This document shows positions 33,462 to 43,104 of a DNA stretch of 64,000 nt, piece by piece. The stretch lies in the NCBI GenBank assembly GCA_041288095.1, contig JBGGMJ010000099.1:1-64000 (forward strand). The letters are read 5' to 3'. The stretch comes from Myxococcota bacterium (GTDB lineage Bacteria > Myxococcota > XYA12-FULL-58-9 > JALHOP01). Each line of letters starts with the position of its first letter. Positions within the stretch are counted from its first letter, which is position 1. The translations under genes were made by a program, and so were the position numbers. The notes under the pieces are model-generated. The model was not told the origin of the DNA and did no database searches. It saw only the letters and a list, made by a program, of their open reading frames with translations.

Positions 33462-36026
33462 ATGGCAAGCGCAGCTCAAGTCGGTACGGCAGCGGTCGTA
33501 CCGGACTATTCTCTTTTGGCGGACGAGTCCGTCGCGACGGACACCTCTGTAGCGGCAGAGCAGCCCGCTGACGCACGTGAAACAGCTCGTCCCCGCGCCA
33601 CGTTGACGAACGCCGGCCCCGCAGCCTCGCCGCTCGCCCCCGGTTTCTCGCCCGCGGTCCTGCGCGGCAACGATCGCGCGACGGTCACCCTGGCGGCTAA
33701 TCAAGGCAGCAACGAAGCCGAAGCTCGGCGCTTGTTAGCGACGGTGCAGCAGCGCGCCGCGGCGCTCGTCACCGCGCGCACGGCAACACAATCGCAGACG
33801 CAGACCTTGGTCGGCGGTTTGACGCCTCAGGCAGCGCAGCAGCGCTTCGACGGGACCACCGAAGCCGAAGCCACGACGATCATCGGCAACATCACGCGCC
33901 TGCAGGCTCTGCAGACCGAGCTGGCAGCGAAGATCAAAGAGGTGGAAACCGAGATGCAGCCGGGCTTCGTCGGCCGCATGCGCGGTGACGGCTACTACGC
34001 CTCGCGCGTCGGCATGTTGCGCAACGCCGAGATCCGCGTCGATCGCGGCAGCCAGCTCTACACCTTGTTGGGCGGCACCGGCCGTTACGCCGAGGTCTCG
34101 TTCGAGCAGATCCTCGCCGCCATGGAGCGTCTCGCCGGCAGCACCCGCGAGAGCGTCACTGGTCTCGCCGCGGCACCGAACGCCGCCGAAGCTCACTTCG
34201 TCGAGCTCGATGCGCGCATCAATCGTCTCAAGGCGTCGGCCGATGAGCTCGGCGACGCCTCGACCCCGTTCGGTCTCGCCCAGATCGGCGCCGTCACGGT
34301 GCCGGCCTTGCAACGCCTCGTCGCTCAGCAGCGCGCCGGCGCCGGCCGAGATCCGATGGGAGCGGCGCGCGAGCGTACGATCGCCGTCATGCTCGAGCAG
34401 GCCGAAAGCCTGGTTCGCGTCATGAAAGACGCGCGCGACAAGCTTACCAACGAAGTGCCAGGCGCGATCCGCGCCCTGCAACAGAACGGCGTCCAGACCG
34501 CGTGGGTGGCCAACGCCCTCACCGGGCTCGTCGGCGGCGCCAACCGCATCGCGGAAGGCACCACGCAGGGTGACGTTCGCCCGCAGATCGCGCAGCTCGA
34601 GACCGGCATCGGTCAGCTCCGCGCGGCGCTCAAGAGCGCCGTCGAGCTCAACACCGAGCGCTTGGGACCGGCCACGACCGCGATCGCCGACACCGAGCGT
34701 GCCGTCACCGCGGCTCGCACCCGGATCGGTGGAGCCCTCAAGGTGCAGCCTTCGGCGGTGCTCGCCGAGCAGCAGTACGCTCCCGAGACGTCGATCACCC
34801 GCGCCCGCGAGCGGCTTGGCGACATGCACAAGGCGCTCAACACCGGCGATGTCGCCGCGGCGACCCGCGCCCGCACCGAGAGCGCCGCCGCCTTGCGGCA
34901 GGTGACCGATCTCATCGCCGAGGCCGACCGTTCGGTGGCGACGCATGCCGACACCATCGCGGCACAGCGCCGCCGTCACACCGAGCTGCAGGGCGTCGTC
35001 CAGCAGCGCGGTGAGGTGCTGGTCGGCATGGAGCGCACCTACGCGCAGCAGCTTGCCGAGCCGTCACGCACGGAGCTCGAGCAGAGCGCCGCCGCGCTCG
35101 ACCAGATCCCGGCGCGCATCGACCAGGCGCACACCACGTATTCGCGTGGTGGCGTGGTTGGTGCTTCACGTCAGCTGCAGGGCACCGCCGGTGACCTCGA
35201 CGCGATCTCGCGCCGTCTCGACAGCATCGTCGAGGCGCAGCGTGGTCTCGCGGCGACCGACGCGAGCAACGCGCAGGCAGTGGCGTCGCTTGCTGGCGAG
35301 CTCGCGAACATCCAGCGCTTCGCAGCCGACGGCCGCACCCGCGGTCCGGCCCGCCAGCACGTCGCCACCGCGGCCCGCTCCGTCGAGCAGCTCCGCGCGG
35401 CTATCGCGGCTCCCGGCCGCAACCCGGCCGACCTCGCCCGTGGCATCCAAGAGACCGTCGGCTTTGTCCGCCAGGGCAACGCCGCCATCCAAGCGGACTG
35501 GGCTCTGTACGCGCAAGCGGACAACGCCGTCGACCGCGTGCAGGCGGTGCTGAACGCGCGCGTCATGTTCCAGCGCAACCGCGGCTTCCTCCTCGAGTGG
35601 GCCGTGTGGCAGGGGCAGATCGCCGGCATGCGCCGCGACCTCGCGAACGGCAACTACGAGGGCGTGATCCAGCAGGCTCAGTTCACCGAAGCAGCCGTCG
35701 TCGCCGCCGCGATCGCTGTCGAGCGCGCCGAGCGTGAAGAGCAGGAGCGCATCGAAGCCGAGCAGCGCGCCCGCGAACGCGCCGAGGCCGAAGCCCGCCG
35801 CCGCCGCGAGGAAGCCGAAGAGGCAGAGCGCCAGCGCCGCAACTCATCGTCGGGCACCGGCCTGCCGTCGACGTCGCCGGGCAGCGGCTCGGGTACGGGT
35901 CTGCCGCGCTCGTCGGGCTCCGGCTCCGGCACCGGCTTGCCGTCGTCCTCACCGTCGACGCCGTCGCGTTCGGGCACCGGCCTGCCGAGCAGCAGCCCAC
36001 CGCGCTCCTCGGGCACCGGCCTGTAA
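33462..36026 (+). CDS. Large helical/coiled-coil hypothetical protein with a disordered leader, E/R-rich helix and tail of 5 SGTGL repeats ending at the stop codon
   Basis: GGAG RBS; C-terminus ...PPRSSGTGL*. Confidence 0.85.
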   Translation: MASAAQVGTAAVVPDYSLLADESVATDTSVAAEQPADARETARPRATLTNAGPAASPLAPGFSPAVLRGNDRATVTLAANQGSNEAEARRLLATVQQRAAALVTARTATQSQTQTLVGGLTPQAAQQRFDGTTEAEATTIIGNITRLQALQTELAAKIKEVETEMQPGFVGRMRGDGYYASRVGMLRNAEIRVDRGSQLYTLLGGTGRYAEVSFEQILAAMERLAGSTRESVTGLAAAPNAAEAHFVELDARINRLKASADELGDASTPFGLAQIGAVTVPALQRLVAQQRAGAGRDPMGAARERTIAVMLEQAESLVRVMKDARDKLTNEVPGAIRALQQNGVQTAWVANALTGLVGGANRIAEGTTQGDVRPQIAQLETGIGQLRAALKSAVELNTERLGPATTAIADTERAVTAARTRIGGALKVQPSAVLAEQQYAPETSITRARERLGDMHKALNTGDVAAATRARTESAAALRQVTDLIAEADRSVATHADTIAAQRRRHTELQGVVQQRGEVLVGMERTYAQQLAEPSRTELEQSAAALDQIPARIDQAHTTYSRGGVVGASRQLQGTAGDLDAISRRLDSIVEAQRGLAATDASNAQAVASLAGELANIQRFAADGRTRGPARQHVATAARSVEQLRAAIAAPGRNPADLARGIQETVGFVRQGNAAIQADWALYAQADNAVDRVQAVLNARVMFQRNRGFLLEWAVWQGQIAGMRRDLANGNYEGVIQQAQFTEAAVVAAAIAVERAEREEQERIEAEQRARERAEAEARRRREEAEEAERQRRNSSSGTGLPSTSPGSGSGTGLPRSSGSGSGTGLPSSSPSTPSRSGTGLPSSSPPRSSGTGL
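35850..36023 (+). repeat. SGTGL peptide-repeat tail (5 copies)
   Basis: Counted in the translation. Confidence 0.9.
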
Positions 36027-36027
36027 A

Positions 36028-36131
36028 GGGACACACTCCATTTTCCCGAAATTGGGACACTAACCATTTCCGTCGGGAAAATGGTGTGTGTCCCCATTTC
36101 TACATTTAGAAAATGGTTGGTGTCCCCATTT
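36028..36131. repeat. Cluster of four GGGACAC-N3/4-CCATTT(T)C units, two forward and two inverted (REP/BIME-like), between convergent genes
   Basis: 36028-36047 pairs with 36075-36094 (19 of 20 positions); 36049-36070 pairs with 36109-36131. Confidence 0.75.
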
Positions 36132-36145
36132 TAGCGGTCTGTAAC

Positions 36146-37879
36146 CTAGCTCGGTAGACTCTGTTCCAGTTGTTCGAGCTGCCTCATCGAATCACCGACG
36201 AGGCGCTCGAGCGATCGGCACACCTCGACGCTGCGCTCGGTCGCCGTCTTCACCTGCGTCGACGCCGCCGAGGCGCGATCGTTGCCGCGGTACAGCGCCT
36301 GCAACGCCTGCGTGATCTGCTCGACCATGTCGCGAATGTTCTCGATCGCCTCGGTCATCTGACGGCCGCCGCGGTTCTGCTCTTCGGTGGAGCGCTCGAC
36401 CTGTTGCGTGATCACCTTCATGCGCTCGGCGCTCTTCATGATCTGCTCGGAGCCCTTGGCCTGCTCGGCGGTCGCTAGAGCGATCTGCTGCACGGTCTCG
36501 GCGATGCGGCTGATGGCGTTGGTGACCTGCTTCGAGCCCTTCGATTGCTCGACCGTCGCTTGCGCGATCGCCTTGATCATCAAGGTCGAGCGCTTCGCGG
36601 ACTCGACGATCTTGCGCAGGGCGTCTTCGGCGTTGTGGCCGAGGCGAACGCCTTCTTCGACGTCTTCGACGCCCTGGGACATGACTTGAATGGCGTTGCG
36701 CGACTCGTCCTGCACCGCCTTGATGAGCTCGGCGATCTCCTTGGTGGACGAGCCCGTGCGCTCCGCCAGCGCCTTGATCTCGTCGGCAACGACCGCGAAC
36801 CCGCGTCCGTGCTCGCCCGCCTGTGCCGCGATGATCGCCGCGTTCAAGGCGAGGAGGTTCGTCTGCTCGGCGACGTCGTCGATGACCGTGAGGATGTTGC
36901 CGATCTCGTCGATCTTCTGACCCAGATTGCCGATGACCTCGGCGGCGACGCGCGAGGACTCCTTGATCTTGTCGATGCCGTTGATGGTCTTGTTGATCGC
37001 GGACACGCCTGTCTCGGCGTCGCTGGTGACCGTCTCCGACAGCTTCGAAGTCTCGTTGGCGTTGGTCTCGACCTGGCTGATCGAGACGTCCATCTCGTTC
37101 ATCGACGCCGCGGTTTCCTCGGCGGCGGTGGACAGCTCTTCGATGTTCTTCGCGACTTCCTTCACCGAGAAGGTCATCTCCTCGATCGCGGTCGTGGTCT
37201 CCTGCACCGACAAGGCGAGGTTGTGGATGTTCTCGGTCACCTCGGTGTTGATGGCGACCATCTGCAAGATCGACGAGCTCGTGGCTTCGGCGCTGCGTGA
37301 CAGGCCGTCGATACCCTCGGTGATGTGCCGGTGCGAGCCCATGCTCTCTTCGACGGCGCGCGCGCCATCGCCGGCGGCGTTGCTTTGCAGCGACAGGCTC
37401 TCGCCCAACGTCGTGAGCGAGGTGCCCAGTGAGTCGAGGTTGTTGCGTTGGCCGCGGCTGCTGTTCTTGGCCTGCGAGCTACGCTCGACCATGCGGGCGA
37501 GGGCGTCTTCGCCGATTCGACTGATGTGTCCGCTATTGCGGGCCTCGTGCATGGCGCCAGCGAAGTCGCCTCGCGCCAAGCGTTCGGCGAAAGCATCGAG
37601 GCTGACGGGGGGCGCGATGGCGCGGCGCAGGCGCTGCCACAAGATGCCGGCGCCGATGACCGCGCCGGCGAGTCCCGACCAGAAGAACAGGCGCGTGACG
37701 CGCTCGGCGAGCTGGCCGACCGCGGCCCCGGCTTCGTCGATCAGCGAGCCGGAGACGGCGCTGGCGGCGAGGAGCGCGATGGCGATGGGGATGAAGCTGA
37801 CTGCGATGATCGCGGCGCCGGTCGCCTGACGTGGCTGCGCTCGAACACCGCTGGTGCCGGGTGGCGATAAGGATGTCAC
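36146..37879 (-). CDS. Methyl-accepting chemotaxis protein with a very short periplasmic loop
   Basis: Two TM helices and the hairpin-tip motif IDDVAEQTNLLALNAAIIAAQAGEHGRGFAVVADEIKALAERT. Confidence 0.93.
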   Translation of the reverse strand: MTSLSPPGTSGVRAQPRQATGAAIIAVSFIPIAIALLAASAVSGSLIDEAGAAVGQLAERVTRLFFWSGLAGAVIGAGILWQRLRRAIAPPVSLDAFAERLARGDFAGAMHEARNSGHISRIGEDALARMVERSSQAKNSSRGQRNNLDSLGTSLTTLGESLSLQSNAAGDGARAVEESMGSHRHITEGIDGLSRSAEATSSSILQMVAINTEVTENIHNLALSVQETTTAIEEMTFSVKEVAKNIEELSTAAEETAASMNEMDVSISQVETNANETSKLSETVTSDAETGVSAINKTINGIDKIKESSRVAAEVIGNLGQKIDEIGNILTVIDDVAEQTNLLALNAAIIAAQAGEHGRGFAVVADEIKALAERTGSSTKEIAELIKAVQDESRNAIQVMSQGVEDVEEGVRLGHNAEDALRKIVESAKRSTLMIKAIAQATVEQSKGSKQVTNAISRIAETVQQIALATAEQAKGSEQIMKSAERMKVITQQVERSTEEQNRGGRQMTEAIENIRDMVEQITQALQALYRGNDRASAASTQVKTATERSVEVCRSLERLVGDSMRQLEQLEQSLPS

Positions 37880-37913
37880 GGGCCCAAGGATAACCCTTTA
37901 GGGTAGGGCACGG

Positions 37914-39011
37914 CTATTTTTCGTCGAAGAGGTCCTTGGCCGACGACCCCTTCTTGTCCTTGATGGTCGGTTTGCCCTTCTGCATGTCGTCCATCATCTT
38001 GTCCATCGACTTCATGGAGAGGTCGGTCCCCTCTTTGACCATGGCATCGAACTGCGCCTTGAGCTTCCGCAGGGTCTTCGCTTCGGCGAGCATCGTCTTG
38101 CGGTCAATCATGCCGAAGCGCGGATCGTTGGCGAGATCGGCGAGGTGGTCGACGTACCCGAATTGGCTCTCGCTCGCGTCCGCGAGGTCGGCGATCTGGC
38201 TGCCCAGGGTGGCCAGCTCTTTTTCGGCCTTCTTCACCTCGGCGGCGGCGGCGCTGTCGCCCATTTCGGCGCGCTTCAAGGCCGAGTCGCGCTGCTTGAC
38301 CAGCTGGGTCTGACGCTCGCGCAGCGATTGCAGCTTCTGCCGGCGCGCGTCGAGCCGCTCGCGCATACCCTTGGCGATGGTGCCGCCGTCCTTCTTGGCG
38401 CGGGCGCTGCCGTCGCTCGAGAACTTGTCCCACTGCGCCTCGCCGCTCGAGGACGCGGCGTCACCGACTCCCTTGGCGTCGGCGGTGGTCTCCTCGCCGC
38501 GGCTCACGTCTTCGGCCTCGCTATCGACGTCGCTCGCCACCGCGACTTTGCCCTCGGTGACCCGCACTTTGGCGGTGCCGTCGTCCGCGACCGCGGTCTC
38601 GAACTCCGTGCCGCGCACGCCTGCGACGGCGTTCGGCGTGTTCACTTCGAAGTTGGTTTCGGCGCCGACGCTGCGGCTGACCTTGCTCCAGACACGTCCG
38701 AAGAAGAGCACGACCGAGCTCTTCTGCTCGTTGCGTTTGGCGTTCGAGAGGGCGACCGTCGTGCCCGGCCGGACCTGCATTTTCGTACCGTCGGCGAAGG
38801 TCACCTCGGCTTGACCGTCGGCGCCGGTGCGGATGCGCGTGCCACCAGGGACCGACTCACCGGTCTTGCCCGCCTGTTCGGCGCCTTCGCCTGTCTTGAT
38901 GAACACAGCGCCCTGGGCCTGAGTCAGCTTGCCGTTGGTCTGGGCCTTGGCGGTGTTGGCGACGAAGACGAGGGCTACGGCCAGCGCGGCACGGGTGACG
39001 AGGAACGACAT
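37914..39011 (-). CDS. Exported FecR-domain protein with a C-terminal coiled coil
   Basis: Signal peptide ending AKA; IRTGADG, FEVNTPNAVAGVRGTEF and VTEGKV. Confidence 0.87.
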   Translation of the reverse strand: MSFLVTRAALAVALVFVANTAKAQTNGKLTQAQGAVFIKTGEGAEQAGKTGESVPGGTRIRTGADGQAEVTFADGTKMQVRPGTTVALSNAKRNEQKSSVVLFFGRVWSKVSRSVGAETNFEVNTPNAVAGVRGTEFETAVADDGTAKVRVTEGKVAVASDVDSEAEDVSRGEETTADAKGVGDAASSSGEAQWDKFSSDGSARAKKDGGTIAKGMRERLDARRQKLQSLRERQTQLVKQRDSALKRAEMGDSAAAAEVKKAEKELATLGSQIADLADASESQFGYVDHLADLANDPRFGMIDRKTMLAEAKTLRKLKAQFDAMVKEGTDLSMKSMDKMMDDMQKGKPTIKDKKGSSAKDLFDEK

Positions 39012-39112
39012 GCGAGAGCTCTCCCGAGAAGTCAGAGGATGTTCGTTAAAGACGGGCGGCAGCTCAAGCAAATTTCATCCATGACGCTTCCGGGCCGACG
39101 GTTTATCAGGAT

Positions 39113-41083
39113 CTACAGAACTTGTTGAATTTTGAGGGGAATCGTCACCTGAAAGTCTTTTTGGGGGTGCCTGTGGAAGCGCAGGGATCGCAGGGTCTTG
39201 TCGAGGCATCGGCTCACCACCTCGACCTCGACGGCGGGGGCGAGGCTCACGTTCGAGACCCTCCCGGTCGGCTCGATGGTCAAGCGAGCGTCCACTTTAG
39301 CGGGCGCCTTGGCCCCTTCGAACTTCTGTAGACACTGCGCTATTTGCTGCGAGCTGCGTTGCACTACCGCCTGAATCTCCGGGCCGGTGAGCGGTGTTTC
39401 ACGGCCGGCGGGGCGTGGCGCGGGATCGTCGCCGCCACATTCCATGCTCTTGGGCTGGGGCAAGCTCACCACGGTCTCGAAGACCGGCGTCGCCGTTGGG
39501 CGAAAGAGCATCTCGGTGAGCACGTCTTGGACGCAACCGCCCGCGCGGCCGAGCTTCTCCGCGGCCGGAGTCAACGCGACGCTGACGACGCCGCCGGTGG
39601 AGACGATGGCCACTTTCGCGGATAGCTGCTCGACGGCTTTGAGCTCCTTGACCGCGGCGCAGTAGCACTCGCGTATGCGGGTGGTTTCGCCTTTGATGGC
39701 GAGCTCGACCTCGGCGGTCGTGAGCGGCGTGAGGCGCGGGTCGGCCGGTGTCGGCGCGGCCTGGGTCGGCGGTTGCGTGACCACGGCGGCGGTCGGCGTG
39801 CCGGTGCGTCGCGCCACCTCCTCGGCGATCAAGGGCCAGCCGGCCACGAGCCCGACGGCTATGGTGGCGACCGCGGCGAGGGCCACGATCGGCCACATGC
39901 GGCGCTTGCCGGTCGGCGCCGGTGCTCCCCTTGGGCGCTCGAGGAAGTCACCGATGGGTTGCAGCTGGTCGTCGGGAATCGCCGAGTCGCGCGCGTCGAC
40001 CGGTGTCGGTGCCCGCTCGCTCGCTTTCACGGCTTCGTCGAAAAACTCGGGGTGCTCGTGAAAATACGTGCGTGCCGCGCGCCCCAGCTCGTCCACGGTG
40101 CGCGGGTAGATGGCCTGCACCAGTCCGTTGTAGAAGTCGTCCGCTTTGGCGTACCGAGCGTCGGGTTCGCGCGCGAGGCCCTTGTGCAAGGTCTTCTCGA
40201 TGCCCGGCGAGACATCGTTGCGAATGGCGCCGAGCGGTGGGATGCGCGCCTCCGCGATCAGGCGGAAGGTATCGACCTCGTCGACGCCCTTGAAGAGGCG
40301 GCGGGCGGCGAGCGACTCCCACAAGAGAATGCCGGCGCAGAAGATGTCGACGCGCTGGTCGGGGGCGCGGCCGCTGAGCTGCTCCGGCGCGATGTACCCG
40401 AGCTTGCCCTTGATCATGCCGGGGCTCGTCGTCGAGATCTCGTTGCGGGCCTTGGCGATACCGAAGTCGGTGATCTTCACCCATGCGTCGGGCGTCACCA
40501 GGATGTTCTGCGGCGTGATGTCGCGATGCAGGATGTGCATCGGCTCGCCGCCGGCGTCGCGCAGGTCGTGGGCGTAAGCCAAGCCCTTGAGCACCTGCAT
40601 GGTGATGAAGACGGCGACGTCGACGGGCAGGCGGACGCCGTTGTTGTAGCAGACCTCGAGCAGGTGCCCGACGTTGGTGCCGGGCACGAACTCCATGGCG
40701 ATGTAGTAGTCGGAGCCCTCGCGCGCCAGATCGTAGACCTGGACGATATTGGGGTGGTTCAAGAGGACGGTGAGCTTCGCCTCCTTCACCATCATGTCGA
40801 TGAAGGCACGGTCGGCCGCGAGGTGCGGCAGCATCTTCTTGATGGCGACCTCGCGCTCGAAGCCCTCGATTCCGCCTGCCTTGGCGTAGAAGATCTCGCC
40901 CATGCCACCGACGGCGATGCGGCGCGCGAGCTGATATTTGCCCAGGCGTTGCGGCCCGGTGCCCGAGGCGTCGCGTGTCAGACGTAGCCGCGCTCCGCAA
41001 ACGCACCTGACGACTTTGGGTAGCGGTGTGCGCTCGCCGTCGACGTCGAAGTGACGCCCGCAGGAGGAGCAGTTGATCTCCAC
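39113..41083 (-). CDS. Membrane Ser/Thr protein kinase with an N-terminal zinc ribbon and two periplasmic AgmX/PglI-C-like (TonB-C-like) domains
   Basis: CSSC...CVC, GGMGEIF, VAIKK, HRDITPQN, DFG and APE motifs; one TM helix; two repeats of I..C......G.V..V......C.....F. Confidence 0.9.
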   Translation of the reverse strand: MEINCSSCGRHFDVDGERTPLPKVVRCVCGARLRLTRDASGTGPQRLGKYQLARRIAVGGMGEIFYAKAGGIEGFEREVAIKKMLPHLAADRAFIDMMVKEAKLTVLLNHPNIVQVYDLAREGSDYYIAMEFVPGTNVGHLLEVCYNNGVRLPVDVAVFITMQVLKGLAYAHDLRDAGGEPMHILHRDITPQNILVTPDAWVKITDFGIAKARNEISTTSPGMIKGKLGYIAPEQLSGRAPDQRVDIFCAGILLWESLAARRLFKGVDEVDTFRLIAEARIPPLGAIRNDVSPGIEKTLHKGLAREPDARYAKADDFYNGLVQAIYPRTVDELGRAARTYFHEHPEFFDEAVKASERAPTPVDARDSAIPDDQLQPIGDFLERPRGAPAPTGKRRMWPIVALAAVATIAVGLVAGWPLIAEEVARRTGTPTAAVVTQPPTQAAPTPADPRLTPLTTAEVELAIKGETTRIRECYCAAVKELKAVEQLSAKVAIVSTGGVVSVALTPAAEKLGRAGGCVQDVLTEMLFRPTATPVFETVVSLPQPKSMECGGDDPAPRPAGRETPLTGPEIQAVVQRSSQQIAQCLQKFEGAKAPAKVDARLTIEPTGRVSNVSLAPAVEVEVVSRCLDKTLRSLRFHRHPQKDFQVTIPLKIQQVL

Positions 41084-41139
41084 GGCTCGAACTTCCCACA
41101 GAGCGGCACACGAGGCCAGGAAAGCTGCGTCTCGGCTGA

Positions 41140-43089
41140 CTAGCGCTTGAGCTCGCGCAAGTAGAAGCGCTGCACCCCGTCCGCCGCCTGGGTGCGATAG
41201 ACGAGGTTGCGCTCGCCGTGTGGCAGCGTCACCGCGACCTTGAAGCGCCCCTTCGAGTCGAGGTCGGCCTGCTTGCCGTTGATGAACAGGCGGGCTCCGA
41301 GCGCGAGCTCGCCCATCGTGGTCACCCGGTCGCCGGTCACCCGTTGCCCGCTCTTTGGCGCGCGGATCACCAGGTCGTTGATGACGTTGTCGTAGGCGAT
41401 CTCGAGACCATTGGTGCGGCCGGTACCGCCGATGGCCTTGCCCGCGGCGTCGACGGCGGAGACCAGCCAGAAGTACTTCCCGTCCTCGAGAGCGCCGGCC
41501 TGAAAAGCGAGGCTCGTGTTCTCGCTGGTCGCTTCGAGGTGCGGCCGCTCGAAGGCGCCATCGGCGAAGATCTTCACTCGGTACTGCACCGCGCCCGCTA
41601 CCGCCTTCCACTGGAAGGTGATGGCGGGAAGCGCCTGCTGGAAATAGACGACCGTCTTCTCGCCCGTGTCCTGAATGATGTTCGTGCGTTTGCAGTTGGC
41701 GCAGTCGTTTTCACCGCCGCGCTGGATGAGCAGTGAGCCTTCGCGCACCGCGTCGCCGCCTTTGACGCGCCAGAAATAGCGACCCGGCTTGAAGGCGTCG
41801 TACACGAACCCGGCTTTGCGGACGGTTTCGCTGAAGACCACGTCCTTGAACGCCTTGTCGGAGGCGACGGTGATCTGCGCGCTCGCGACCGCGTTGTCGG
41901 TGGTCTCGGCGCGCCAGTCGAAGGCCACCGGCGGGACCGACCCCTGGTAGTAGACGACCGACGTGGTGCCGGCGCGCAGCTCGACGTCCGCCGCCGCGAC
42001 CGGACGGGTGTCGCTCACCGGCTTGCCGTCCTTGACCGTGATAGCGGTGCCGGCGTCGAGCTCGGTGCCATCCGACAAACGCACGCGGCCGAACCGCACC
42101 CCAACCTCGTAGGCGCCGCCGCTGATCGCGCGCAGCTCGACTTCGGCCTCGCGGTCGCCGGGGCGCACGTCGACGCCGAGTCCCGCGACCGTGACCTCGT
42201 GGCTCGCCTCCACGCCTTCGCGGCGCGTGAGGCGCAGGTCGGCCGCGCCCGCGGTCACCACGTAGCGCGCCTTCTGCTGTTTGTCGCTCCCTTGAGCCTC
42301 CTCGAAGCGGAGCTCGGCGCCGGGAGACAGCGCCACCGTAGAGCCGTCGTCGAAACGCACCTGCGTGCCCTTGGCCTTGCGTGTGCGCACACCAGCGCCT
42401 GGCTCGAGCTCTTGCCGGCTCTCCGCCGCCACCCAGTCGCTGACACTGGAGGTCTGAACCTGCACGCCGCGCGAAGCGATGAGTGTCGCGCGTTGCGGCT
42501 TGAGTGTCGTCGTGAGCCCCGCGACCTCGAGGTTGACGCCGGCGGCGATCGGTACGACGAGACCATCGATCGACAAGGCGTTGCCCGCGGCCAGCGTGGT
42601 GCTCGTGCCGTCCCTGACCACGGTGACCTCGCCGACGAGCACCGACAGTCCTCGTGACAGATCGACGTCGACGACGAGCTCGCTGCTACCGAGCTCGGTC
42701 ATACCGAAGGGAGAGCCGATGACCAGCAAGCTCGTGGCGCCCGGCGAGGCGGCCCGAGCGCTACCGGTGATGACGACGGCACCGAGCGTGGTCCCGGTGG
42801 CCCCGCCACGACGGATGACCACGGTGGTCGACGGCGCCAGGGTCAGGGTGTTGCCGCCGGCGAAGGCGAGGATGACGTGACCGTCCGCTCCAGTGGACAC
42901 GGTGTCGGTCTCGTAGAGGCCGGTGTTGACCGTCGCGTCGAGCGCCGCTCCGCTTCCACCTTTACGGACACTCGCCTCGCCGTCTCGCGAGGTGATGGTG
43001 GCGTCGGGCGGCGGACGATTGTGGCAGGCGGTGGCGAGCAGCGCGGTGCTCACCATTGCCATGCCGACCCATCGTTGAAGAACCCTCAT
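41140..43089 (-). CDS. Predicted lipoprotein with two FecR-like domains and FnIII/Ig-like C-terminal domains
   Basis: LLATAC lipobox; DTVSTGADG; GRYFWRV and GKYFWLV. Confidence 0.78.
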   Translation of the reverse strand: MRVLQRWVGMAMVSTALLATACHNRPPPDATITSRDGEASVRKGGSGAALDATVNTGLYETDTVSTGADGHVILAFAGGNTLTLAPSTTVVIRRGGATGTTLGAVVITGSARAASPGATSLLVIGSPFGMTELGSSELVVDVDLSRGLSVLVGEVTVVRDGTSTTLAAGNALSIDGLVVPIAAGVNLEVAGLTTTLKPQRATLIASRGVQVQTSSVSDWVAAESRQELEPGAGVRTRKAKGTQVRFDDGSTVALSPGAELRFEEAQGSDKQQKARYVVTAGAADLRLTRREGVEASHEVTVAGLGVDVRPGDREAEVELRAISGGAYEVGVRFGRVRLSDGTELDAGTAITVKDGKPVSDTRPVAAADVELRAGTTSVVYYQGSVPPVAFDWRAETTDNAVASAQITVASDKAFKDVVFSETVRKAGFVYDAFKPGRYFWRVKGGDAVREGSLLIQRGGENDCANCKRTNIIQDTGEKTVVYFQQALPAITFQWKAVAGAVQYRVKIFADGAFERPHLEATSENTSLAFQAGALEDGKYFWLVSAVDAAGKAIGGTGRTNGLEIAYDNVINDLVIRAPKSGQRVTGDRVTTMGELALGARLFINGKQADLDSKGRFKVAVTLPHGERNLVYRTQAADGVQRFYLRELKR

Positions 43090-43104
43090 GCGTCTCGCGG
43101 AGCT

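Noticed and set aside
29213..36026. SGTGL proteins as Tat substrates because tatBC is adjacent
   Set aside because: Neither protein has an N-terminal twin-arginine motif or a hydrophobic signal core.
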